The notes beneath the pieces are model-generated. The model was given only the letters and a program-made list of their open reading frames with translations, did not search any database and was not told the DNA's origin. From Perkinsus olseni (Eukaryota): a stretch of DNA of 33,059 nucleotides. The position numbers and the translations under genes were made by a program. The stretch spans positions 1 to 33,059 of the forward strand of contig JABANN010000393.1 in assembly GCA_013115125.1 (NCBI GenBank), in the 5' to 3' direction. Within the stretch, counting starts at the first letter, position 1. Each line of letters begins with the position of its first letter. Of this stretch, positions 1-10,642 are shown piece by piece.

Positions 1-87
1 CCTCCCTCCCCCCCCCCCCCCCGCCCCCCCCCCCCCCCCCCCCCGTTTATATTTTTTTACCCCCGCCCCCCCGGGGGGGGGGGGCGG

Positions 88-124
<37 letters not shown>
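1..124. repeat. Poly-C / poly-G low-complexity tract, probably a low-quality contig end
   Basis: Almost pure C and G homopolymer runs; normal sequence starts abruptly at ~125. Confidence 0.85.
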
Positions 125-143
125 TTCCTCCTGATCTGTTCAC

Positions 144-463
144 CTCTCTGCCTCCAAATCTAGTACCGAAACGAACCGCGCTGAAACCAGTGAGTTCGGT
201 GAAGTCACCATTCTGAATGTTTGCTTCCGGGGCGGACCGTTTGATGAGGCCCCTGATGAAGTCAAGGGCAGTGGAGGGCTGGAGACCAAAGGCCTATCAG
301 GATACCCGAACAAAAAATCAATAAAACCATCCTCGTCCACAGTAGCGATCACAAAACCGGATGAGTCTAGATCGAGTATGTATTGACCGATGAACAGATC
401 GCTCGGATCAATCTGAGCTTGAGCGGCGGCGATGATGAACCAAGGCGCGAGAAGTTTCATCAT
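144..463 (-). CDS. First exon of a putative secreted hypothetical protein (3' part lost in the poly-C tract)
   Basis: ORF starts with a signal-peptide-like MMKLLAPWFIIAAAQAQ. The apparent stop lies within a good donor (GAGAG|GTGAAC at 143). Confidence 0.55.
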
Positions 464-1854
464 TGACAGATTAAAGGAGCTGTAGAGAAATTACCTTTAA
501 AAATGAGGCAACACCGGAAAGCAGATAAACCAAATCAAGGGGTTTCTGTTTTCTGATACGCGCCTCAAAGAAAGCCGAGAGAAAAAAGGGGGAAAAGAAA
601 TTGTCGACGGATATGGCCGATTGCTGATCGAGTCGTAGAGTTGTCGTAGCCACCGTAATGGAAAACAATGATGCTCAAAAGGATCCTCGAAAGACTCAAG
701 ATCACTGATCGACCACTAGAAACCTCGATTTCGACTCACATATCACCCTGGACTCGCCGGTAAAAGAATAAAAACACATGGAACGGTGGCAATTAACGCG
801 TAGGATGTTGCTTCTCCGTTGTTGCTCATAGTCAACGCAAGGCGGGAAGGGTGGTAAAGTCTTCTACTTTCTGCTTCGAAGCTTACCCTCTCGAGGGGAA
901 TAAGCTATGCACGCATGCACAAGATGATCGGCGCATAATGAGTAACATAGGACGCATGTGCATGTTACTGCGAGGAAAGGACAAGAAGTAGACAGCCGCC
1001 AGTCCGAAGGAGACAACTGTCGCCGACGGCCGACCGTGCAGGGCATTTTCTAAAGCCCAAGATGATGGACCAGAATCCAGGGCAAAATCTCGCTCGACCC
1101 GTCTGGCCCGAGGCGAGTGGGGCCTTGGGACGAGACTCAAGGCAAGTGGCCGAAATTCAATGGAGATGGCCAATTGCCAAGGAAGGTGATCGTTTGCCAA
1201 GGCGTGCACAGCACGCCGCACGCGGTGCGCGTTTCTTCGCTATCTACTCGTCTTGAGTTGCCTCGCGACCTTTGGTAATAGCTCAACCTGTGCCGGTAAT
1301 TGAGTATGGGTAATGAGATTGAATGCCCGTGCTACTGCGTACCCACCTTGCTCTTGGTGTGCATTTGCTCGTTATACGCACGTTGGTTCCGGCAAACGCG
1401 TGCGTTCCGCTATTGGACATACGTTCACCCTAAATCCAACAACAGTTTTCTCAGAGCTCCTCTCGTAACGGAAAACTTGATAACCCTCACGAAGTCTGCG
1501 AGTCCCATGGCGGAGAAGCCTAACAAGCATCCGTGTATATCTACGACAGATATTCAAGAAGAGTACTTAAGTGTTTGATGATGAGACCGATCGGACGTGT
1601 AAGCACTCGGAGTGTCTCTCCAATCCTTTTTGTATATCTCTCTTCAGTGTCGAGTGCGTCAAGCAGCAACCAATGCAATGAAATGCCTCAAGGGCCCCCA
1701 GAGGCAAATCCAATATCAATCCAGTTTCATTCTCCTCGGTCATGCAGTGGCGCTCGTTGAACTTCACTATTTCGAAGACGAACGAAGGCCTTTTCGGTGA
1801 TGGGATACGGAAAATAGAATCAAACAACACAATGCTGTTCAAAGTGCATGCACT

Positions 1855-2943
1855 TCATTTCTTCTTCGACGCTTTCCCTTTTCCCTTCGCCTTCCCCTTC
1901 TTCCCTTTCTTCTTGGGCACCACCAGTGGCTTCATACCTTCAGTAAAGAATCACAGGAGCAGGGAACGACCAGGAGAGGCACAAATAAGGGTCCCAAAGG
2001 CCCACCCGAGTCACCTAGGAGTTGCCTTGACTTCAGCACATGTGCGGTCTGCTCTTCCTGAGTCATGCATCTTGCCACCGAGTTCCAAGGGGCTCCACTC
2101 AGGACCTCCACCGCCTCAGTCGCGCCCATATTCTCGGCCCACCACAGGGGGTTGTGACCCTCGTAGTCCCTCGCTTCACAGTGAGCACCGTTGGCTAAGA
2201 GGAGCCTCATCACTGCGGTCTGGTTGGAAACCACAGCAGTAGCAAGAGGCGTGAAGCCCCTCTTGTCTCTAGCCTCGACCTCAGCACCGTACTTCAGTAG
2301 CAGCTCAGCAACGGATATGCTGCCTTCATTCGCTGCTACATGCAAGGGTGTTCGACCACCAACTAAAGGAGGGCGTTAAGGGGTTGTGCTTCGGGGAGTG
2401 CTCACCAGTGATGAACTCCCTAGCATTAACATCAGCTCGATGGAGTATCAACAACAAGGCAGCGTCATGGTTGTTAACCTCAGCCGCCAAGTGGAGAGCC
2501 GTCGTTCCAGTGAAGTTGGGAGGAGCACTAGATGGCCTGAGCGAGGGCGAGCGGTTCCACCTCGCAGACGGCAGCGGCTGCTGCGCATCATCTCTCGCCA
2601 GAGGGAGTCATTCTGTCTTCAATACAACGCCATTTTCCGCAGTGTTTAGCACATCCGCTGACCCTATCTTTCTGCAATAATGAGCCGCGCTGATGCTAGG
2701 ATTAGTCGCTGATGAGAATGAGAAACTGGGATTCCCGACGGCAAAGCTCGCGTGTTCTTCGTTCGATCAGTCGGTCTCGCCAAGCTCTCAAGGGGCATCA
2801 CTCTGCCTTCAATTCACCGACGTTTTCCGCAGTCGACAGCAGCAAACGGAAGCTCACTGGAAAACGCCTTCCTCCAGTAGACATCTCAGCGTCGCTGCAT
2901 CCCTCGATCTTATACTCTCCCAGATGAGTGTCGTCACAGTCAT
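1855..2943 (-). CDS. Multi-exon ankyrin-repeat protein with Lys/Gly-rich C-terminal tail
   Basis: Spliced reading gives ankyrin repeats GTTALHLAAEVNNHDAALLLILHRADVN, GRTPLHVAANEGSISVAELLLKYGAEVE, GFTPLATAVVSNQTAVMRLLLANGA and GHNPLWWA. Start MTVTTLIWESIR at 2943; last exon MKPLVVPKKKGKKGKAKGKGKASKKK* with TGA at 1855-1857. GTGAGC donors. Confidence 0.85.
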
Positions 2944-3250
2944 TGAGACGGTCGCGTTTCGATGGGCCTTGAACCACTCTTGCACAACACAAAGCAACAA
3001 GATATGCAGAATGAATCCTTCATTTGCCTTGATCTCTCTCAATAATCGCGAGATCAACAAGCCATCGAGGCTTCGCCGACGAAGCCGGTTCCAGACGTAA
3101 TAGGGTGGACGACAATCTAGAACCAATTCAAATGTAACAGAGAGCAGCGGATGCCCTCGGGAGCTCAGGACCCGACAGCCATAACGGAAGGAACGCTAGA
3201 CACTCCGCGCACAGAAAGGAAGGCCAAGGCCGCAGCTGTGGGGGAGTTTG

Positions 3251-4969
3251 TCATGAGACTATCGTGCGTTTAAATCTCGTGAAACTATTAACGAATCGGT
3301 ACACAGTGGCCTTCAGCCTCTCGACACGCCTCCTGTCTTGAGCTGTGGTGGACTTCGTGACGGAGGACATCGATCTCGAGGAGGACCATGATGTCAGTCG
3401 CCATCCGTGGTGGGTGGAGTCGGTCTCCGAAAACTGACTGGCGAGGCTGAGCAGCACCACGACGAGTAGAACAGTGAAACTGCTATCACAAATGCCACCA
3501 TGATTCAGATCGACAATTCAGCGGAAAATTCGGATTTTTTGGGACCCTCTCCGACGAGCATGCCATCCGTCACCGGTCAATTCTGTTGGCCCGGTCCGAA
3601 GACGAACGCGTGCGCTCAGAAACCAGGGTGACTCACACAAGCTACCTGAGCCGCCGAGTTCGAAGGGCACGAGCATAGCGGAATCCAACCTCGGCGTCGG
3701 AGATGTCGGTGATGATAGGCGCTGGACGGGCCTTCCTGTAGCCGCTGGCTGATGTTGATGCTCTCGTACGACCACTCGACCGTGGTGAGTTGGAGGGGGT
3801 GGAAAACGAAGGCCCTGAGGGAAAGGCTGTGGGGGCCTCTTTACGAAGGAACTGTTTTACCTGGCGAACTCCGGCGTCGGAAGCGACAAAAAATTGTCAT
3901 GACGGGGACAGTACAAAACGAAAAAATATCGTCACTGAGACACCCCTGTCCTCCAGACTGATCAGCACAACACACTCGGAACAGTTAGGAGCCGGCCAGG
4001 GGCCCCCTTCCCGGCCTCATAACAACAGCATGCACTTGGTCATGCCGGACCCTCGGAGGCAATACCGCACCTTCACCATTTAGGAAGGCACTGTCTCGAA
4101 CCTCCAACTCTCGGTAATGGTCTCGTAGGCTGGCAAGCTGGGAGTCACCACTAAGCTGGAATAGCAGACGAGAGAATTCTGGGTCGAGGGGCTGGCTCGA
4201 TTCGTCGCCGGCCGAACCTGGCGGTGGTAGGAGCGTGCTTCGGAGGAATCTGTGGACGCTTCTCACCGCACGCTGGTCGGTTCACGAATTTCTCTCCAGT
4301 GTCGAGGACACAGCCGTCGAAAGCAATGTGCAGAAATGACAAGGGTTGTCGCATCTTGAGCTCTTTCGTATCTCCCTTTCTTCGAGGTGAGATACCCTTC
4401 ACAGCAGCTTCGAACGCACAACGATGCGGCAGACGGATGCTCTCGTCAATGTCACGCGCCATCGCGTCAGCAAGATACGGAACCCTGACACAAGTACTCC
4501 TCCCACGACAGGGTGACCTAACTGAGCACATCAGGCGGACTACAAACTGAGAAAAGGAAGCTTTTCTGTAACCCTCAGGAAAGCTTCTTCACGAACTGTC
4601 TCATTGCACTGCATTTCAACGCTACAGAGAGCCCCCAACTGAGAACATCGGCTTCGAGTCTGACTAAGCCTGAACCGTAAGCGATGGACTACAAACTCAC
4701 ACACGCTCGACACAGTGTCCATCTCCGACGACCCATTCCCCTTACACTCCAGCCTTCGCTTTCTGCTTCTCCCCGGGAATCTTGCACTCTCCCTGCAGAA
4801 TTTTCCTAGCCAGGCTAGCAGTGGTAGACGACGACCGCTCCGCCACAGTGGGCGTGCGCGGGGACCGCGGACCCAACAGCGTGTCCAGCCCGGACGGCGT
4901 CGGCTTGGTCGAGATGTAACAAGCCTTGCGCCACTGATCCTGGAGACCCCTCCAACTATCCAACGCCAT
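3251..4969 (-). CDS. Multi-exon hypothetical protein; exon structure and 3' end uncertain
   Basis: Chain of minus-strand ORF pieces (MALDSWRGLQDQWRK..., VPYLADAMARDIDESIRLPHRCAF..., SRLLFQLSGDSQLASLRDHYRELE..., QDRRRVERLKATVYRF...) with candidate splice sites. No domain recognised. Confidence 0.4.
4582..4704 (-). repeat. Dispersed ~125 bp repeat, copy A (probably intronic)
   Basis: Reverse complement aligns with 14916-15045: shared GAGTTTGTAGTCCA, GGCTTAGT, TCGAAGCCGATGTTCTCAGTTGGGG, TCTGTAGCGTTGA-ATGCAGTGC and CAGTTCG-GAAGAA. Confidence 0.85.
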
Positions 4970-5223
4970 TACTAAAGATACTCATCCGAGAGGCTTCTGA
5001 ATTAACTACTACTGCACACAAGCCCTGGGTTGTTGTGAAGCACTGCCGTTGAGAGGCTCTCGTCCGAAGCAAACTGCGAGAAGAACGAGAGGCGCCTTGA
5101 GAAAGATACTTTTAATGCAATTATCGACTACCCTAAGGAGTAGTACGAAAAAGATGGCAATAATGCCGTACCCATCAAGGTCGAAGGCGGTCCTCGACGG
5201 ATAAAAAGATACGGTCTCCACTA

Positions 5224-6829
5224 CTACGCTTTGGCGAGCTCAACAGCCTTGCAGGCGGCAGCGTTGAGGTCATCAAAAGTGTAGAACTTAAGACCGGACT
5301 GAGCTAAGATGCTCTTGCCTTGCTCGACATTTGTCCCGGCAAGGCGAATGACGATCGGGGTCTCGATACCGAGTTCTAAAGAGGCTCTCACCACACCCTC
5401 TGCCACGACATCACATTTTACGATCCCACCAAAGATATTAATCAGGATACTCCTAACCTTAGGGTCTGCATTGAGGATCTTCAAGGCAGCCTTCACTTGA
5501 GTCAGCTCGGCCGAGCCACCGACGTCGAGGAAGTTGGCGGGGCGACCTCCCTTAACGGACAACAGGTCCATCGTAGCCATCGCGAGGCCAGCACCGTTTA
5601 CCATGCAGCCGATGCTACCGTCCAAACCGACGTAGTTGAGACCCCACTGGGACGCGGCGACCTCCCTAGCGTCCGCCTGGCAGGCATCTCTCTGGGAATG
5701 GATTCCTGCTTGCCTGAACGCCGCATTGTCATCGAAATTAAGCTTCGCATCGCATACCACAACTTTCCCATCTTCTAACTCTGCCAGCGGATTGATCTCC
5801 AACATAGTGCAATCGCTCTCGACGAAAACCTTGTAAAGCCTCTTCAGTATCGTCGCCGCTTCCTCGTCGGTCGCATCCCCTTCAAACCCGAGGCGGACGG
5901 CAACCTCCCGAGCTTGGACGTCCGTCAGACCGGTCGTGATGTCAATGGGCGTTTTGATGATATCTTGGGGATGGTCTGCGGCGAGCTCTTCGATGCTCAT
6001 ACCACCGTACTTTGACGCTACCACAACAGGGCCACCGAGAACTCGATCCAAGAGGATGGCGGCGTACTTCTCAGAGACGATGGGCAGCCTTTCACATAGA
6101 AGGACCCCCTTGCATGCGCTGCCGCCAAGACCGGTCTGTTTGGTAATGAGGGTCTTGTCTAGCATGTTCTCGGCTACTCGTCGGGCCTCTGATGGGGAAT
6201 TTACTATGTGGACTCCTCCTCGAAAGCCATTCTCTTTGAAGTAACCTCGGCCGCGACCACCACCCAATACCTGAACGAGAACCTAGCCGAGATGTGAGAT
6301 TCAATTTTTATCTAACGGCCACCAGCAATGACAAAGGTGAATGAAAAATTTCCAAGCAAAAGAGTTCTTGCCGTCATAGCGAAAAAGTTATCACCCTTAA
6401 ACCATCCCTATAAAATTATCTTCAAGAAATTGCTACTACAGGAAGTGCCGGCCCCAAGTTGTATTCAACAGACCAAAAGTGCGGCTCAGGACCGCATTCG
6501 ACGTCCGAAAAACAATTCCAAAATCGATTCCGAATTTTCCATTTTCTCTATCAAACACGGGGATGCACCATCTCCCATCAAAATGAAGTTCTGGCCGCTG
6601 ACTCGTGACCGGATCCGAATCTTACTTGTGCCTTCACAACAGCATCTCCCTCGCCCAGCCGTCTAGCATGTTCCTCGGCCTCCTGCCCAGTACGAGCATA
6701 GTAACACTTCGGTACGGCCACGTCGAAGCTGCGGAGAAGCCGCATCGATTGATACTCGTGAAGGTGCAGATGACGGACGATGACACCCGAGGGGGCGAAG
6801 AGACGACGAAGGGAATAGCGAGAGAGCAT
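5224..6829 (-). CDS. sucC: Succinyl-CoA ligase beta subunit, mitochondrial; exons 6829-6626 and 6270-5224, 416 aa
   Basis: Presequence MLSRYSLRRLFAPS, then LHLHEYQS. Splice junction gives VVKAQ|VLGGGRGRG. Motifs LEINPL, DAKLNFDDNA, IGCMVNGAGLAMATMD, PANFLDVGG, NIFGGIVKCD and RLAGTN. One 355 nt GT-AG intron. ATP versus GTP specificity not determined. Confidence 0.97.
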
Positions 6830-7817
6830 TTAGAAGAGAGAAGCTGCCAACTTGCATGCGATAGAACTTTTTATCGTTGGAACAAGTTGTTGTATCATAA
6901 TATTTCAAATTCTTGATAAGTTCGAAACTCTCGCGCCCGCCCGGGATTGTAAAACCGACACTGAAATCCACAAGCTTTCTGGCTTCAGTAAAGGTGAGTC
7001 CGAGCCGCCTTCTTCGATCCAATATCTAAGCGAACTTGGTTCGAAGCTCGCTTCGTCAAGCTCGACAGTCGTTCCTCCTAGCCCTCGTGAGGACTCAGTT
7101 CTCAACAACTGTCTTCATCTTCGCCGAGTAATCTTCAAAGCAAGGCCTAACGTGCTCGGAGATTTGTTCTCGCCCAGGATGGGCGGCCGGGGTTGGTGAG
7201 TACTCATTTTTGCAAGGCAGAACTTATCTTTGCTGCAGACCTGCCGCTTGTAATCGGCCAAGGGAATTCTATGGGGACGCTCAGGAAACAACATTCTTAA
7301 CCCGTTAGTACCGGTACCCCACCGATTCGCGAGTCAAAACCATTGCCACGATCGATTTCAAGTCTCAGAATAAGCTTTTAAACATACTCAGTAGATTCGG
7401 TGTCGTAGATACCCTGCCCGAGCGCCAGCTGACGGTCTCAGGGTCGTAGTTTACGCGTTAAACTCATTACCCTGCAGCGTTTATCAAAGTCGGAGGCCGT
7501 TCAACGAACCAATTCTGAAACTCAAAAACGATTTTGGACCCGCATTTTACGTGTAAAAGTCAATTCCACAATCGACTTGTAATTCCAAAATAATTTTACT
7601 AAGCGAAGGGTCGGGAGGGAGGTGCATTGAACACCCTCAATGCATCGAAGACTCCCAGCCGCTGTATTCCCTGAGATCAACTCCTCAACGACCTCGCAAC
7701 CGAACGCTAGTGTCCCTCTGTGAAGCTAGCTTGAATGACTCTCGCTGGGAAGGGGCGTCAAGTACCGCTGCTACGACTTATCATTTTCAAAAGGTTACTT
7801 TTCCCCACTCCCTCACC

Positions 7818-8891
7818 ATGCCCGTCCACCTTGTAGTAGTTGAATACGAGGATGTAACCTGTCCGGAGGCCAACCTCAGCGAGGCTGTCTACAAAGCCTT
7901 CGGGCCTAACGGTATCGGCGCCATCGGTATCAGAGGCGTGCCCAACTGGGAGAAGCTCTGGCGCTCGGTCCTTCCGCTGTCCCATACGTTGGCTACTTTG
8001 CCGCCGGAGAAGCTAAAGGCTCTCGAGCATGAGCCTAGCATGTACAACGTCGGTTGGTCACATGGCAAGGAGAAGCTCGGCGATAAGCCTGACTTCGCCA
8101 AGGGCAGCTTCTACTTCAACCCTCTCACCGATGACCCTTCTCCCGAACTCCGGGAGGCCTTCCCGTGGGCTGTGCCAGAGAACGTGTGGCCGTCTGAGAC
8201 GGACGTCCCCGGTATGAGGGAGAAGTGTCGAGCGCTTGGTGCCACTATGTACGAGATGGCCAAGGCCTTGTCTCGCCATGTGGATCTCCTCGCTTCTTCA
8301 CGAGTTGAGAACTACGCCCCCGATACCCTCTACAAGGAGATGTCTAAGACCCAGAAGGCCAAGGGAAGGTTGCTTTACTACTATCCTACTGAGTCCAAGG
8401 CCGAGGACGCCTGGATTGGCTGGCATAACGACTCTGGCTTCCTTACCTGCTTGACGCCTGACATTTACGTCAAGCACGATACTGGTGAGCTGGTGGCCAA
8501 CCCCGACCCCCTCAACGCCGGCCTGTGGGTGGCCGATCGTAACAGCGTGTCTTCGAAGGTTACCATTCCCGATGATATCATGGTCATCCAGTGCGGCGAG
8601 TGTCTGCAGATCATCACTGGCGGTCTCCTAGTCGCCACCCCTCACTGCGTCCGAGGCGCCGCTGACCCTAACATCGCCAGAATCAGCTGTCCTTGCTTCG
8701 TTGACACCTCCCCCAACTTCCAGCTCAGCATGCCCACGGGTTGCACGAGGGCAGACGTTTTCCGCAACACCATCGCCCAGGAGGTTCCGCCTCTTGATCA
8801 GAGATGGACCAAAAATGGGGTTAATTTTGCCGAGTTTTTGGGCGACACGTTCAAGAGCTATTACCAATGGAATATTAAACAGTCCAGTTAG
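7818..8891 (+). CDS. 2-oxoglutarate/Fe(II)-dependent dioxygenase (isopenicillin N synthase-like fold), intronless, 357 aa
   Basis: AFGPNGIGAIGIRGVP, YNVGWSHGKEKL, KGSFYFNP, KGRLLYYYP, Fe ligands GWHND (HxD) and ATPHCV, 2OG-binding RIS (RxS). ATG at 7818 in a CACC-ATG context; strong C/G-ending codon bias. Confidence 0.9.
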   Translation: MPVHLVVVEYEDVTCPEANLSEAVYKAFGPNGIGAIGIRGVPNWEKLWRSVLPLSHTLATLPPEKLKALEHEPSMYNVGWSHGKEKLGDKPDFAKGSFYFNPLTDDPSPELREAFPWAVPENVWPSETDVPGMREKCRALGATMYEMAKALSRHVDLLASSRVENYAPDTLYKEMSKTQKAKGRLLYYYPTESKAEDAWIGWHNDSGFLTCLTPDIYVKHDTGELVANPDPLNAGLWVADRNSVSSKVTIPDDIMVIQCGECLQIITGGLLVATPHCVRGAADPNIARISCPCFVDTSPNFQLSMPTGCTRADVFRNTIAQEVPPLDQRWTKNGVNFAEFLGDTFKSYYQWNIKQSS

Positions 8892-9015
8892 TCCCTCTCA
8901 TTTTTATATCAATACCGTCTCTTCCCCAAATCGTAGTTGAGTTCGCAGTGGTGAGATCACGACGTTTGCAACGGTTCTGGCAGATTGAAAATTTCTCATT
9001 CTCTGATTATTGCTC

Positions 9016-10264
9016 ATGATGCCTGTTAACAACGATGATGTCATAGGAAGGCCGGCTGGACATTCGCCTCCTCCTCCTCCTCCTCCTCCTGCTGCTGGGT
9101 CGGCTCCGAGTCCGGCAACCTCCCCTACAGCGTCGTCCGCTACAGGGCTGCTGCTGTTGCCAGTGGAGAGCAGACAGGCCGCTGGGCAGGAGGAGAACAG
9201 CGGCTTGCTGCCGATCGTGTCCAGAACGTCACAGGAGTATCTTAAGCTTGCAAGTAGTGCTCATGGGGGTCAGCAATGGGGGGTTTCGAGATGGCCACGG
9301 AGGTTGATTATCTCCTCTTTTGCCACTGTCTTCCCGGTCTGGTGGTAACCGTACTGTGTCTTCCCCATCATCAACATCCCTGTACCGCCTCGCTACCTTC
9401 TGCTGCATAGTCACTCTCGTCGTCTCCATTTCAGTTGAGTCCCACGAGGGTTCCGGCGGCTCCACCATAGCTGGTTCCGAAGCCGACGAGGACGAGGAGG
9501 AGGAGGAGGAGGCGATGATCGCCTCTCTCTGCTATGATGCTCCCGGCGACAAGACAGCTCGGGGGGCCTCCAAATTCCTCCTCGGCTTGCCTCAAAACTT
9601 TATGGCCGCCTCCACCGATACCGAAGATTCCGACGTCGATTCGCCGGGAGGAGGAAGGCCGAAAACTGTGCGGTTCGGTTGTGGATCTCCGGGCTCGGTG
9701 ATGGTGAAGAACGACTCTTCGGGCGAGCTGTCCAAGCGGACGGCGAGTCTTTTGCGGAGGTATCGGTCGTCCTCCGTCATCACTGTCGTTCATGTGTACG
9801 ACGGTGTTGAGTATGACGGCGAGGAGGAAGTCGAGTCCGATGATGGCTTTAACGAGGCCATGCTCCTCAATGGCGCCGATGATGACGATTCCTATTCTGA
9901 GAAAGAGGAGGAAGAGGAGGAGGAGGAGGAGGCACCGAAGCCGCCGGTGCTCCTTCGTCGTGCTCAGTCAGCGCCTGCCAATGTCCTCTTGCCTCGCAGC
10001 CGCATGGCCTCTGATGGCGATGTGATAGCAGCGTTGTTGTCACCTATACGACGGTCCACCCCATGCGATCCATCCTCGCCTTGCCTCACCCTCACCTGTG
10101 GTGTCGACAAGAGCGCGCCTTCTGGCCGACGACACTCCGTTGGGGAGGTCATCCGTGGCTGTAATGGTGATCGGAAACGGAACCCCTTTCTGATGGCCAT
10201 GCTTGAGAAGGGCGGATCGACCTGCTGGAGACGCCACCACATCGCGTGCGCAGTGCATTCCTAA
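9016..10264 (+). CDS. Hypothetical low-complexity, largely disordered protein (poly-Pro, acidic tracts); at least one intron, boundaries unresolved
   Basis: ORF 9016-9348 (Pro8 from (CCT)8 at 9067-9090) overlaps ORF 9320-10264 (poly-Glu, KTVRF, RRAQSAP, RRHS). A pyrimidine-rich tract ending TTTCAG lies at ~9434. Confidence 0.5.
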
Positions 10265-10642
10265 GAATGAGCTCTTCTTGCATGATACCATCATCATGTT
10301 GTTTAGTCCCCCTTATTTAGCCTCACGCCAGCATTTTATCCGACTGGCTTGTTCTGTTCCATACCTAATTTTTCGCAACTTATCACCACTTCCCATGCCG
10401 CTATTCGACGACCACTTGTCAGAGCGATTCCTGGCAGTGACTGTCGACGGTATCTAGTGTTGCGGTATCGCGGAAAGTGTATATAATAATAATTACAGTA
10501 ACGCTCTCGCCTCCTTATTTGTGTTATATTTGTGGACGCTTCAGCCAGTGGATGTCCCCCCTTCCCACTGGCCGCCATCACCACCCAGCGTTTCTGTCGG
10601 TTGCCTCTCACCCACTAAGGAGCCTCTGTATTAATAGCCATC

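Noticed and set aside
1-124. Telomere or G-quadruplex element
   Set aside because: No periodic telomeric unit; irregular homopolymers at a sequence edge look like sequencing or assembly artefact.
760-1745. Additional minus-strand spliced gene
   Set aside because: Candidate splice sites exist, but I could not build a consistent frame or recognise a domain; left uncalled.
6852-7253. Plus-strand gene fragment with GTGAGT donors (~6993, ~7196)
   Set aside because: No ATG-anchored consistent frame and no homology.
7700-7817. Relic spliced leader (CCGTAGCCATYTTGGCTCAAG) upstream of the intronless dioxygenase or elsewhere
   Set aside because: No convincing match found by eye; partial hits (5572 CGTAGCCAT, 11608 GCCATCTTG) are short and lie within genes.
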